Assembly: GCA_963693365.1 (NCBI GenBank)
Contig: CAVNZM010000009.1
Span: 3,474,231-3,538,230 of the forward strand
Reading direction: 5' to 3'
DNA from: Amoebidium appalachense
Taxonomy: Eukaryota > Protista > Ichthyosporea
Length of the DNA stretch: 64,000 nucleotides
Of this stretch, positions 14,515 through 43,997 are shown piece by piece. The number at the start of each line of letters is the position of its first letter. Within the stretch, counting starts at the first letter, position 1. The translations under genes were made by a program, and so were the position numbers. The notes beneath the pieces were generated by a model. It did no database searches, was not told where the DNA came from, and saw only the letters and a program-made list of their open reading frames with translations.

Positions 14515-15274
14515 GGGGAGGAGATTGGCTCACCTGCGTTTGTGGGACTTCCTGCTGGACCACTGTCGTTGTCTCCAACACGGGGGCCGGTACCTTTCCC
14601 TTGTCTCTGGCAGTGTTTTCTTCCGTGTCGACTGGTGATGATGCGGCCGGGGCAACTTCTTTTATTGTCACCGTTTCTTCTTCTTCTTCCTCCTCCTCCT
14701 CCTCTTCCTCTTCACCAGTTTCTTCCTCCTCCCCAGACTCTTCCTCTTCCTCCTCTTCTTCTGTTTTAGCGTTTTCGGCTGCTTCTTTAAGCTTTTGTGC
14801 TTCTTCTTCTGCACGTTTGCTTTCCTCTTCGGCTTTTAGCCGTGCTGCCTCTTCCTCTTTTCTAATTCTCTCTTCTTCCTCTTTCTGCTTTCTCTCCTCC
14901 TCTTCCTTTTGCTTCCTCTCCTCCTCCTCATTCTTCTTTCTCTCTTCTTCCTCCTTCTTCTTTCTCTCTTCTTCTGCCCTCGTTTCCTCCTCCTCTTTTC
15001 TCTTCAATTCCTCCTCCCTCTGCCTCTGTGCTTCAATGTCTGCCTGTCTTTTTGCCTCTTCTTCCGCCTTTTTGCTTGCTTCATCATCATCATTCTGTTT
15101 GGCTTCTCCCACACTGTTACCCTCTAACTCATCGCTGCCTGTGGCTGCAAGCGTGGCACCAGCCGGCTCGTCCGCCTTACCTCCCTTCTTCTTCTTCTTC
15201 TTCTTCTTCTTCTTGCCAGCAGCGTCACCTGCCACCAGGTCGACGACCTCTTCGTCTTTCTCAATGTCAGCCAT
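7329..15274 (-). CDS. Mint/X11 (APBA/LIN-10)-like tandem PDZ protein with acidic coiled-coil N-terminus, 9 exons, ~478 aa
   Basis: Phase-consistent GT-AG exons: 14534-15274, 13709-13778, 12476-12609, 11967-12083, 10643-10695, 10028-10118, 8946-9017, 8095-8172, 7329-7409. Spliced C-terminus [63 protein letters not shown]...[66 protein letters not shown] follows the Mint PDZ1-PDZ2-tail pattern (GDQIMSINGTSLVGLP; GHRIIEINGQSVVATPHEKIV; MKTMP), recognised from memory. Confidence 0.85.
7465..7596. repeat. (TG)n microsatellite (representative of dozens in the window)
   Basis: Directly visible. Other long tracts at ~17005-17510, 21878-22022, 51040-51176, 57815-58000, 58730-58953, 60170-60470, 62663-62790. 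Confidence 0.95.
8748..8840. repeat. (GA)n microsatellite
   Basis: Directly visible; similar tracts at 36019-36208. Confidence 0.95.
10398..10522 (-). mobile_element. Short interspersed intronic repeat, family B
   Basis: On + strand: (G)n-atgtatgc...catggag.aga...cgtgcaggcagaagacac. Related copies at ~14268-14404, 30731-30865, 31597-31720 and a partial copy at ~20890-20987. Confidence 0.5.
13520..13659 (-). mobile_element. Short interspersed intronic repeat, family A (full-length-like copy; putative SINE-like element)
   Basis: On + strand: (G)n-ttgaatgtgtcataaagtacgaaatacac...gcagagcccatcctcagggggggccc...cagtacccgagtttc. Clearly alignable by eye to copies in other genes. Confidence 0.65.
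13960..14013 (-). mobile_element. Family A repeat, truncated copy
   Basis: (G)n-ttgaatgcatcattaagtacgaagtacacataaacaacggataacacgatgcag; only the homopolymer-adjacent end is kept. Confidence 0.6.
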
Positions 15275-17003
15275 GTTGTGCTGGAACAAGAAAAGTTGTC
15301 AGCTTTTCTGTCTTCTAATGATCTTAATAATTCGAAAATTGAACGCTTGGTCACTCACAAGAGCCACCGGGCCCTGCCTCTCCTCTAAGTTGGCCACTAA
15401 AGAACCAAGAACGGTGGTCAGGGGTAGACGAAACCTTCCCAAGGAAGCCCAAAGCCCAAGACTCTAGTGTGCATACGTCTACACCAAGAATAACTTGCTA
15501 TACACAAATAAATGACTCGAGCTTTTGCCTTTGCCCTTCGTTCATCTCACTGAAACAGCTCTAGAAAGGGAAAGAGAAACGAAGATGTGTCGAAGCATTT
15601 GCTTTTCCGACTATGAGGCAAGTGCTGGTTTCTACCAGTCGTTGCCACCTTCCTGCTAGCACACCTGCTTCGTTCATTAACCATCTTGCTTCTTTCCCTC
15701 CCCCTTTTCATCAAATCTGTTGCTTCTCTCAGAGTCACTTTGGGTTCCGTGTTAGTCTTCCTTTGACATTTCTCCTCATGGCCACGCACCTAAACGACGA
15801 TTTTTTTTGTTTTTTGTTTTTTTTTTTTGTTTTTTTTTTGGCTCCAGAAAAGGCATCTTAGAACGCTTCCCAGAGCTTGTTATACCTTGCTTTCAAGTTC
15901 CGTGGGCTCGGCAGATAGCATAACACCCCTGCACGGACCAAGCTTTTGACCCGCCGAAACAAGACTCAGTGAACTGAAAACAAAAGAAAGGAAACAAGAG
16001 AAAAAAATTCTAAAAGGATTCAGGTGAGTCGAACTGAAACAACAAATCGCGCGCCAGCCAGTTATATAATGCACCACTAAAAAATTCCGCTTGCTCGCAC
16101 AGAGGAGGGCAAAAAGAATGGCTCCCAAAAAACGTTACAACATCAACATGCGACAAAATCTACTTTTTTTATTCAATGAGCAAAATTTCCTGGACCTAGA
16201 TCTATGAGCAAGGAAACAATTATGTGTTTTTCGTGTATGTTTCAGCTGGTTTAGCAGAGACGATATGGGAGCTCAGTGAATCCGTGTCAGCCTCAGGCAA
16301 CTCCGGGCCCGCAAATATATCCGCCCATTTCGAACGATCATGTGCGGTAGTGGCTCTGGATACGACAGGCTATCACATGAACTAAACGCAATGCAACGCG
16401 CAGGGCGGCATCGAAATATTGAGGGCGTTGTACCACAGAACATTGCAGCAAAAATATGACCTTCATCTTCAAATTTCAAAAAAAAAAACGCGGTTGGTCT
16501 GTACATTCCATTATATGTGTAGTTGCAACTGTAGGGTTCTAGAGATAAATACTCAAGATATATTTCCCGGCCCGGGGAAGGCTGAGGCTCCCATAGCATA
16601 CGCGATTCGGATTGGCAAACCAACGTTGGCAACTTGATGCGTCGATTCAATTGGCTTACTACGCACCACAAAGCATGCTTCTTCTGTCTCCTTCTGTATG
16701 TGTCAGGGTTGTGTACCACCAGTATATACACGCACTCACACGTGCAGTGCGCACAGATCATGCACGCGTGTGTGCCAAATTTCGTGAGGTTTATATGTGT
16801 GTCATTGATCAAGTGTCCGATAGTGTGCGCCCACAGTGTGTTTGCGTACGTGTGTGTTTGTGTGCGTTTCTCTGGGCCTCAGACGTTAGCGTGCGTGTGT
16901 GCACACCTGTGTACACGTGTGTGTACATGGTGCCTGTGCTGTCCGACGACACTTCTTATGGCATGTCTACTACAGAGGGTGCTGGCACGACTGGCTGTGT
17001 GCA

Positions 17004-17099
<96 letters not shown>

Positions 17100-17150
17100 C
17101 CGCGTGTTTGTGTGTACACGTGTGTGTGTGTCACTGTGTGTGTGTGTGTA

Positions 17151-17190
<40 letters not shown>

Positions 17191-17434
17191 CGTGCGTGTG
17201 TGTGTGTGTGTGTGTGTGTCACAGTGTGTGTGTGTGTGCGTGCGTGCTTGTGCTTGTGTTTGCGTGTGTACACGTGTGCGTATGTGTGTGCGTGCGTGTG
17301 TGCGTGGGTTACGAAATGTGCATGTGCGTGTGTGTGCGTGTGCAACGTGACACGGTGTATGTGTGCTTATGTGTTTGTGTTTGTGTGTGTGTGTCTCGGA
17401 GAATGTGTGTGTTGTGTGTGTGTGTCTCGGTGTG

Positions 17435-17487
<53 letters not shown>

Positions 17488-18023
17488 CGTGCGTGCGTGT
17501 ACGTGTGTGTGTAGACTACTAAGATTACATTGATGTGTGTGACAATGTGTGTTTGAGTGTGTGTGTGCGCACGCGTGGTGTCCGTACATTTGCATTTAAT
17601 TACGTGGAATTAATATGGATCCACTATTCTCACTTCAGTGCGGTCCATACTTTAATATGTACCATAAATGCATCGAGCGGTTACTTTATACTATTTCAAG
17701 TCAGAAAAGAAGCATGAAATAACAAAAAAATCAGAATCAGAACTCGAGCAAAAGTTTTGAAGAAAAAAGAAAGAAGAAATCCAATCAAGAAAAGTATGCA
17801 TAACACATTCATTCATATTAATGACTAACCTGGCACTTGGCCCCGTGATACCTTGATATGGCAAATGCGTAGTTCTATTGCCAAAAGGCAGGGGCTCGCA
17901 CCATACATCATTCACCAATGATTTTAAACCGTTGTTAATTAATCGAACTGAAACTTGCGCAAATTGACATGCCACAAGGTAATGGTGCATAAGACCCCCC
18001 CCCCCCCACCCCCCCCCCCCCCT

Positions 18024-18076
<53 letters not shown>

Positions 18077-18200
18077 CGCTTTCATTTGCTCCTAGTCCTA
18101 CACACCACCCAACCCCGACCACTTAAATTTCCCGAGCCTGCAACGGCACCTATGGTAATTTTCCCGCCAACCCATGAGTAAAATCAACCTATGGCAGTTT

Positions 18201-27137
<8,937 letters not shown>

Positions 27138-28608
27138 GTTGCGTGTTTATCCCTAAAGTTTAATATCACGGGCTATACTTCATGTTTCATGACTAATAGA
27201 GTGTGCCTAGGCCTACATATACATTTAAGGAATGTTCAGGGGGGGGGAAGCTAATATTAGAGTGCACGCCCTACGCTTCAAACACGAGAGTCATGCAATG
27301 CATATGTGATGCGTGCCGAGCTCATTCGTGCGTTTGCGCAATCACGCTTCTTACTGGCGGAGTGCGCATCGCTGGAACACAGAGCTCCACATCCAAAGGC
27401 CTCGGCCAGGTCGAATTGGCCTTCACAGCTCTTCCTCCCCCCCCCTTCTCCCTTCGGGGAGTTTTGCTTTGCAGCTGTTGAGGAATGATTTTATTTCCCC
27501 CATCACATGGATTTAGCTTGCAGGTTCGGAAGGTTTCAGAAAAAAAAAGTACACACAGTCATGCACGCACACGTGCGCGCAAATGATTTATTGCGCGCAC
27601 ACTGGCACACACCACATGTGGTACCCCCCCTCTCCCCCCCCCCCCCCCCCCCCCCCCCCCCCACACACACACACATGTATACACAGCGCCCGCAGCGTGC
27701 GAGCACGCAGACAATCAACAACGAAAGCACACACACGCTGCCACATGCACACTGCACACAATATTCATTATCCCTACTTGTTAGTCGTCTTATAAAATCA
27801 TGATGTCTAGGCGCTATTATATAATTATTGATGACAAGAGGAACTCCTATTAATTAAAGAAAAGTAAAAAAACGAAGCTCGAGCTCACAGCCGCAGACAC
27901 AACAGCGCATAAGTGTACCATATCCAGGGTACGTATACATGAGTCATCACACCTGGTTGCTGAATGTCGTCTAATATTAGACATCATGGTTTTATGAAAC
28001 GGTCAAAAAGCAGGAATATATTACATAGTATAAATCATTATGGAATATCTACATGACATTGTAGCCAGCCTTTATGTTCTCGCATTCAAATCCCTATTAA
28101 CACAGCATTGATAATATAACTTTAATGCACGCGGCAGTAGGTGGTACTCAGTTGCAAGGAATCTTATATGGCGAGCAACCCCAATTGAGGGCATTACTGA
28201 GGGGGAAAACATCGAGAAGTGCTAGCTTAGTCGTTTGATTTACTCGTAGCACCATCATTACTCAAAAAAAAGTACGTTTCTACTGGGTGCTATGTGTGAC
28301 TTAAGCGTGCAGATCTACGTGTGTCCATTCATGTGTGCGTGGTGCATGTAGGTGTGTGTGCGCGTGCAAGTGCGCGCACGTGGGTGCATGTGTGTGCGCG
28401 CACACGTGCATGGGTGTATCCGAGCACGTGTGCGTGTCCAAACATGGTAACACACATGGCACACTACCAACAACCAAGTGTCGAAAGAAGTGGAGAGGTG
28501 AAGGGTTGCACAACAGAGAGGTCACAGCGAACAAACACCACCACCAGCCCCGTAAGCGATGGGACACCGTATGCATGTGTGATGGTGTGCGCGCGTCGTG
28601 CGTCGTGG

Positions 28609-28678
<70 letters not shown>

Positions 28679-28762
28679 ATTGATCGCGAATGATCACCTT
28701 TCTCAACTTCAGGAGGGCCGGGAGGGGGGCGGGGGAGGGGAGTGGAGCGTGGAGGGTGGAGG

Positions 28763-28801
<39 letters not shown>

Positions 28802-28892
28802 GGGGGGGAGCAGGCCCCATTTCCAAAATAATGGATAGCAAGTAATTCAAAACAAATAAAAATGAACTCAGAACAATGGGTGCAACTAATTT

Positions 28893-36605
<7,713 letters not shown>

Positions 36606-37279
36606 GGTTCAAACGGTGTTTATAAAAGTGAGAAATAGTGTTTTACCTTTGCCGTGTTTACGATTCTCACGTGTAAGGAGAAATCCGACTTGCAGCCCTG
36701 TTGTTCTTTCCTCTCTTGCAGCGCGCCTATTGCCTTAGATCTTGTTTTCAAGTTTTGGATTTTGCTTGTCTAATCCAGCAGTTTGTTGGTCACAAGCACA
36801 GGTAAGCACCCCTTGTCTGAGGCAGCCAAGTAAGCTAAACAAAGGTGCGCCCTCCCTAGCCAATCATAAGTTTCTCTGGAGATGCAGAACTGGGGAAACG
36901 GAACTCAGAACTGGAAAAATGGAACTCAGATGTTTGTCTTGCAGGTTGACCGTTCAACGCAGCCAACGGCCCCGGTTTGAAAGCAACATCTATCATTCTA
37001 GCCCTGCCGTTGAGCGTATAAAAGGATCCCGAATTCCGATACTTGAGCCCGTTCGCAGCCATTTTTGAGTTTATTCAGAAAATCGTAAATCGGAAGAATT
37101 CGAAACCCCAGCCCAAACCAAGAAGGTCCGAATTCGAAAGGTGCCGCAGCAGTTTACTAGTCAGGCATGATACCGGTTTTTGTAAATTGTTGTCGTGCCT
37201 CACTTAAGTGTGAAAGTTTAGCTTTTCCCCCTTCCCCCCCCTACTCTCCTTCCCCTCACCCCCTCCTTTAGATATCATT

Positions 37280-38554
37280 ATGTCTAAGCAAGTTTCAAAG
37301 AAGGGTAGTGGCACCCAGAACTCTCGCGCAACTCTCAAAACAACATGGCAAACACACGAAGAGAGGACACAGAGACTGAAACGGCGCGTGTGCCCCACGT
37401 GTAACGGGTGTGGATATGTGGACGAGGAGGAAGCGTCGGAGGATGAGTTGGTCAGTGACGATGGACAAGAGTCGGTGGAGGAAAGAGAGAGGCGGTCTGA
37501 AGTAGACGTTAGGGAACAGGCCGTTGTTAGGGAAAAGGGCGTTGGCCAAGTTAACGAGAAAACGAGCAAAAACAACTCACCCAATCCCAACGTTGACAAC
37601 GGAGACCACAGGAGCTCGGATGACAATAACCACGAGTCGTCAAACTTGAAACAGCAAATAGCACGCAATCTTCTGGCCCGAAGGGCAGATAATTCGAGAC
37701 AATCCAAACCCAACGAGCGCAGACAGCAGGCCTACTACCTTGTACCGGTACCGGGCGAGATTCCCAACGCAGACGGGACGCCGCCTGTTCTTTCATGCCC
37801 AGAAGGGTGCGGTTTCGTGGCTGATACGAGGCCGAAGCTGTTTGCGCACATGTCTAGGCATAGATTGCTGAGACATGCATGCACGCATCCCGGGTGCAAA
37901 AAGCGCTTCGCCAAACCGGAGAACCTGAAATGTCACATGAAAGTTCATGAACTGGGGGGCGCTGATGAGGTTAGTGGAAAAACGAAAAAATACAAGTGCA
38001 GCTACGACGGGTGTGCATATGAAACTAAAAGCGAAGCAACGTTTGACGTACACATCAACAGAACTCATTTAGGGAAGCTTCCGTTTGTGTGTGAGCATGA
38101 AGGCTGCGGACGAAGATTTGGTAGCGCCATCTACCTAAAAAGACACGACGAGAACTATCACAAAGGGAAGCCGTTGGACACAATCAGGAAATACGGGTGT
38201 TCCTGGGAGGGTTGTGTGTACAGGACTGACCACCCAAGCCACCTTCGTGAGCACATGCACACACACACGGGAGAGAGGCCATATGTGTGTACTTTTGGCG
38301 GTTGTAGTGCTAATTTTGCTAAACAAAGACACTTACAGACACACACACTCATTCATACAGGCGAGAAGAAAGTGCAGTGTTCTCACCCTGGATGCAGCTA
38401 TGCAACTTTCAGAAAATCACATCTCAAGATACACATGCGCACGCACACGGGAGAGAGACCGTGTGTGTGTCATGTTGACGGTTGTGGAAAGACGTATACC
38501 ACTAGTGGAAATTTGTTTGCGCACAAAAGAAAAGCGCACAATATTACTGGTTAG
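37280..38554 (+). CDS. C2H2 zinc-finger protein (8 fingers) with N-terminal [14 protein letters not shown] motif, paralog 1, intronless
   Basis: 424-aa ORF; mostly C-x4-C fingers with HTGERPY/HTGEKK linkers. Confidence 0.92.
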   Translation: MSKQVSKKGSGTQNSRATLKTTWQTHEERTQRLKRRVCPTCNGCGYVDEEEASEDELVSDDGQESVEERERRSEVDVREQAVVREKGVGQVNEKTSKNNSPNPNVDNGDHRSSDDNNHESSNLKQQIARNLLARRADNSRQSKPNERRQQAYYLVPVPGEIPNADGTPPVLSCPEGCGFVADTRPKLFAHMSRHRLLRHACTHPGCKKRFAKPENLKCHMKVHELGGADEVSGKTKKYKCSYDGCAYETKSEATFDVHINRTHLGKLPFVCEHEGCGRRFGSAIYLKRHDENYHKGKPLDTIRKYGCSWEGCVYRTDHPSHLREHMHTHTGERPYVCTFGGCSANFAKQRHLQTHTLIHTGEKKVQCSHPGCSYATFRKSHLKIHMRTHTGERPCVCHVDGCGKTYTTSGNLFAHKRKAHNITG

Positions 38555-38636
38555 GCAGATGGACTGTGTTGATTCTTCTTTAACCTTTTTTTCTTTGTGG
38601 TCTTTTCCCTCTTCTCCCCACACCGTTACAACACAT

Positions 38637-38679
<43 letters not shown>

Positions 38680-39316
38680 GCTCTCTCTCTCTCTTCCGTT
38701 TAATTAGGTGGGTGGGTGTGTTTGTGGGGAGGGGGGGAAGGGGGGGGAGGGGGATGTGATATGTGTTACAGTAGGTTTGAGGTTTGAAGCCCACTCTAGC
38801 TAGGTCTTTGTGGACAACTGTGTTGAAGGGCTTTCTTTCTTTCTTTTTTTTTTTGGCCTGTTTCGTGTATTTTCAAATCGCCGCCTGTAGTGCATGTATT
38901 GTGAGATGAGTACGGTAGTTCAACCTCTACCACCCAGTATAATTGTTTAGTCAACAACATGGGCTCCTTGAACATACGTGAACACCTGTGCACTTGCCAA
39001 CAAGACCACACCCCTACCCGCCCTTCCTTCTTTCCCCTTCGTCGAATTCAGTTTGGCGTGATTGCGATTCAGTCTTTTGCGTTAATACATCCCATGTTTG
39101 CGTAAAATCACCTTCCAGTTTGCGTAAATCCATGCACATCGCACATCGCGATCGACTCAGCGAACATGAAAGCTACACTCGGCAAGTAGGGCTTTCACTG
39201 AAACTCTGCGCATGCGCTGCTCGAGCTCATCACTCGGTTCGTTTCTAACTAGAATTCTCAACTGTAGCTGTCTCAAACCCCCATCACCCCGCCCGCCTTC
39301 CTCGCCATAAAAAACC

Positions 39317-40448
39317 ATGTCTAAGCTAGCGTCAGTGAAGAGCAGTGGCAATTACCTTCATAATTCTCGGGTAGCTTCTAAAACATGGCAAGCGCACGAA
39401 GATAGGGGACAGAGGCCGAAAAGGCGGGTGTGTCCCACATGTAACGGGTGTGGATATGTGAACGAAGAGGATGGGTCTAGGGTTGGGTTGGTGGGTGAGG
39501 GTGGGCAAGAGTCGGAGGATGACTGGGAGATGCGGTCGGACATAGACGGTTCGCAATTTGAACACACACCTGGACAATCCCAAAGGAATGAGCCCAGAGA
39601 TTTGGTCTCCTACCATGAACCGGCACAGAATGAGTTGTCTAATGCAGACGGTAGTCGAATTGCGCCTGCTGTCTACACATGCTCAGAAGAAGGGTGCAGT
39701 TTCGTTGCTCGTACGAGGCCCGTGCTGGCCGCACACATGTCTGGACATCGATTGAAAAGTTATGTGTGTACACATCCCGGCTGCGAAAAGCGCTTTGCCA
39801 AACCGGGTTATCTGCTACGGCACATGAAACTCCACGAGTTGGGTGGCGCTGGTGAGGCGGGTGGAAAGAAAACGAACCCTAAATTCAAGTGCAGCTACGA
39901 CGGCTGTGCGTATGAAACGAGGTCCCAAGCGACGATCGAAACACACATCAACAGGGATCATAAAGGAAAGCTTCCGTTTGCGTGTAAGCATGAGGGCTGC
40001 AAACTGAGGTTCGGTAGTACCATCTACCTGAAAAATGCACGAGGAGAAATGTCACCAAGGCATTCCGAAGGAGATGATAAGGAAATACGGGTGTTCCTGG
40101 GAGGGATGTTCGTATAGAAGTGACCAACCAAGTCAAATTCGCGACCACATGAACACACACACGGGAGAGAGGCCATATGTGTGTACGTTTGGTGGTTGTA
40201 GTGCTACTTTTTCGAAACAAGGACACTTGTATACACACGTGCTCATTCATACAGGCGAGAAGAAAGTGGCGTGTACATACCCTGGATGCAGCTATAAAAC
40301 CTTTAGAAAACCACAGCTAAGGATACACATGCGCAGTCACACGGGAGAAAGACCATGCGTGTGTGATGTTGATGGGTGTGGAAAGGCGTACTCCACTAGT
40401 GGAAACTTGTTAGGGCACAAAAGAAAGGTGCACAATATGCTTATTTAG
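39317..40448 (+). CDS. C2H2 zinc-finger paralog 2, interrupted by a 1-nt frameshift (sequencing error or recent pseudogene)
   Basis: ORFs 39317-40117 and 40035-40448 are collinear with paralog 1. Removing one A from the A5 run at 40031-40035 restores [10 protein letters not shown]. Confidence 0.8.
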
Positions 40449-40729
40449 AAACGTAGACGGTGTTATCGTGTGCTCTGATTGGCGTTGGTGTTAACGTGTG
40501 CTCTGAATGGCGTTTTCTTTTTCTTTCTCTCACTCGTTCCTTTTTTTCTATCTTTGTTGTATTTGTTAGTGCTGTGTGTGTGTTCGCACCGAAGGAGAGA
40601 GCAGGAGGAGGAGGGAGAGGGTGGGGGAGGAGGGGTTAGTGATAAAGGAGAGGAATTTAAATTCGCCTTTCGCCTTTCATGGTGCAGTAGTTCAAAGTAT
40701 GGGTGCAGTACATAGTTCAAAGTATGCAT

Positions 40730-40850
40730 CCCAAGTTTTTCTGTACGAGAGTGTCAGATAGTTTCGTCTTCTGTAGAAAAATAGATACGCCTTTCACGTT
40801 GTAAAAGCCCAAGTTTTTCTGTACAAAAGTGTCAGATAGTTTTTTCTTCT
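40730..40850. repeat. ~43-bp direct repeat upstream of ZNF paralog 3
   Basis: cccaagtttttctgtac(g/a)a(g/a)agtgtcagatagttt..tcttct at 40730 and 40808. A short tandem ggtgcagta..gttcaaagtatg lies at 40681-40726. Confidence 0.8.
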
Positions 40851-41019
40851 TTTTTTTCTAAGTCATCGTAAGCTCGGCCGCCGCCCCGTACAGCCCTATG
40901 CCATAGTAAACAAGAGCGTGATAGCAACGAAAAAATCAAAGCCTTCGCCTTGAAAGAACGTTCGCATCCTCCTTTCTCCCCCTCCCTCCGGTTTCCCCAG
41001 CCCCTCCCCCACAGTTACC

Positions 41020-42273
41020 ATGTCAAAGCTAGTGTCGACGAAGGGCAGTGTTTCTTATAATTCTCCTAGAACTCTGAAAACAACATGGCAGACACACGAC
41101 GAGAGGACACAGAGACAGAAGCGGCGGGTGTGTCCCACTTGTAACGGATGTGGGTATGTGGACGAGGAGGAAGCTTTGGAGGATGAGACCACGATTAACG
41201 TTAGTGACGATGAACAAGAGTCGCAGGAGGAACATGAGATGCGGGCGGAGGACGAACAGGAGTTGCCGACGGAATGGGACGTTAGGGATGAGGATGTTGG
41301 TCAAGTCTCGGAGACAGGAAGCGCATCTAACCCCATCGTTATCGACGTTAGCAACGAATCTCACGTGGAGGACGCTAACCACGAGTCGTCAGACATAAGA
41401 CAGAAAATAGTGCGAAATCTTTTGGCGCGAAGGGCACGTATACTATTGGAACATCCAGTGGTGAAGCATCCTTGCTCACAGTCTAATTGTAAAGAGCTGT
41501 TCACAAAACCGGAGGAGCTTCACAGCCACCGGAAAGTTCATGAGTTTGCTGGCCCCCCTGCCCATCTTGTCGGTGAAAAGAGAACAACTAAATTATACAA
41601 GTGTGGCTACGACGGGTGTACGTATGAAACGAAGGTTGAAGCGTCGTTTGAATCACACATCAACAAGAAGCATCTAGGAGAACACCCGTTTGGGTGTAGT
41701 TTTAAAGGCTGCAGGCGGAGATTTGGTAGCGCCATGCACTTGAAGAAACATGAGGAGAAATGTCACCAAGGAGCGCAGTTGGACAAGGAGAGATAATATG
41801 CATGTTCTTGGGAGGGCTGTTCGTATACATTCAACCAGGCAGATCAACTTCATGATCATATGAACAGACACGAGGAGAACTATCAAGGGACGCCAATGGA
41901 GGAGATTTCGAAGGAGCATGTGTGTACTTGGGAGGGATGTTCCGTTCGATGTTACGCTGCAAATCTACTTCGTGAGCACATATACACACACACGGGAGAG
42001 CGGCCATATGTGTGTATGTTTTGTAGTGCTACTTTTGCTAAACAACAAGCCTTACAGAAACATGTGATCATTCATACAGGCGAGAATAAAATCAAGTGTA
42101 CATACCCTGAATGCAGCTATGAAGCAAACAGAAAATCACAACTCAAGGTACACATGCGCAAACACAAGGGAGAGAGACCATTTGTGTGTGATGTTGACGA
42201 ATGTGGGAAGGCGTACTCCACTAGTGGGAACTTGGTAGCGCACAAAAGAAAGGCGCACAATATGCTTATTTAG
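41020..42273 (+). pseudogene. C2H2 zinc-finger paralog 3 with in-frame premature TAA
   Basis: One reading frame from 41020 to 42273 broken only by TAA at 41794-41796, where paralogs 1 and 2 have AAA (R-K-Y-x-C-S-W-E-G-C). Confidence 0.72.
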
Positions 42274-42446
42274 GAACATAGGCGGTGTTATTTGCTGCTC
42301 TAGTTTTTTTTCCCCTTCATTCTCTCTTTCTCGCCCCTCCCCCCACCCCCCCACCCCCTCCTCCTCCCCCCTCCCCCCACCGCCCTTATTTTTTTTTTTC
42401 CCCTTTTTTTGAGCCCCTGTGTGTGTGTTTCGCCGATGGTGGCGGG

Positions 42447-42493
<47 letters not shown>

Positions 42494-43274
42494 AAATCGT
42501 ATAAGCTGTTATGTGTTTGACGCATGAATAGTACTTTCACCCAAGTGTTCACGGTACTACTACTACCGGGTTTTCGTTTTTCTTTTTCTTTTTTCTTTTT
42601 TTTTGAATTTTTGGGTGTCGTTTGTTTTGAGGTCACTATGTGCCCTCAAGGAAGGATTAAGGTCAGGCAGGGTGTCTAAATAACTATAATAGGGGGGTAA
42701 TTTATAGGGGTTTAAATTCAAACTTAACGTTTAAAGCCATAGGGGTTTAAATTTGGCCTGTTCTTTCTACATAATGCACACACTGTAGGAGCTTTTCTCC
42801 AGTAGTTTCTCCCTTTGTTCAGCACAACATATTATGTGAGCACTCAAGTTGTTTCTGGCTTATACATTTACACAAAGCTCTCGTGTACATGCCAAACATA
42901 ACCCCTCCATATATACTCGCACGAGTGGAAATACATGTACATACCGTTAACAGTAACAAAGGTTGGCAAACCCTTTTATGGTAATGCTTACATAACGTCA
43001 CGAAGTGTTCTTTTGTTTTTAACTTCGATTGAACATCAAGAACTTGTGGGTGAATGTGGGTGGGAGTGGCCTGGGTAGCTGGGTGTGTGTGTGTGTGTGT
43101 GTGTGTTGGGGGGGGGAGGAGAGCGGGAAGGGGAAGGGGTGTGTGTGTGTGTGTGTTGGGGGGGGGGGGGAGGGGGGGGGGGGGAGGCTTGAGTAGCACA
43201 GACAATAGCGGTAGATGCTTACTAGATGTTCTTTGATCGGATTGGTGAAATGTCATAACCTCATTTCGTGGGGT

Positions 43275-43322
<48 letters not shown>

Positions 43323-43398
43323 GGGCATGTGTAAACATGTGTGCGGGTGTTTGGTGGTGGTGGTGGTTGGGGGGAGGGGGGGGGGGTGGTGTGTGTGT

Positions 43399-43442
<44 letters not shown>

Positions 43443-43948
43443 ACAGGTTGCATGCCTACGTGTAGGTGTGTGCCCGAGTTAGTGGGTTGGTGGGAGTGTT
43501 CGTGCGTACATTTGAGTCTGTGCATGTGTGTGCACTTGCACATAGGTGTAACTGTTTATGTACGCATGCTTGTACGTGTGTGTGAATACGGATTGTATGA
43601 ATGTATGGGTTTAGGTATATGTGTGCATGTGTGTTGTGTTGCAAGTGTGTTTGTGTGCGCGCGCATGTGTATGTCGGTAGGTGCAGATGTGTCTGTACAT
43701 GTCTGTGTGTCGGGGTGTGCACTTGTGTGTGGGTGTGCGCATAGTACCCTCGTACGCGTATACGGTGTCTGGGTACCGTGTGGGCCACCGGTACCGAGGC
43801 CCGATCGCGACCCAAGTCCAAGGAGAGGCCGGGTGGGTGGGTGCACGGGCGGGTGGTTTAAATTTAAATTCATCGTGGGCTTGTTTGTGGGGCGCGCACG
43901 TGTGTTTCTGTCATTAATTGTTTGTGTGTGGGGCCTGGGTGTTTTTTT

Positions 43949-43997
<49 letters not shown>

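Noticed and set aside
16273-16812. 179-aa ORF in non-repetitive DNA upstream of the Mint-like gene
   Set aside because: No recognisable motif or splice partner; cannot be supported as coding.
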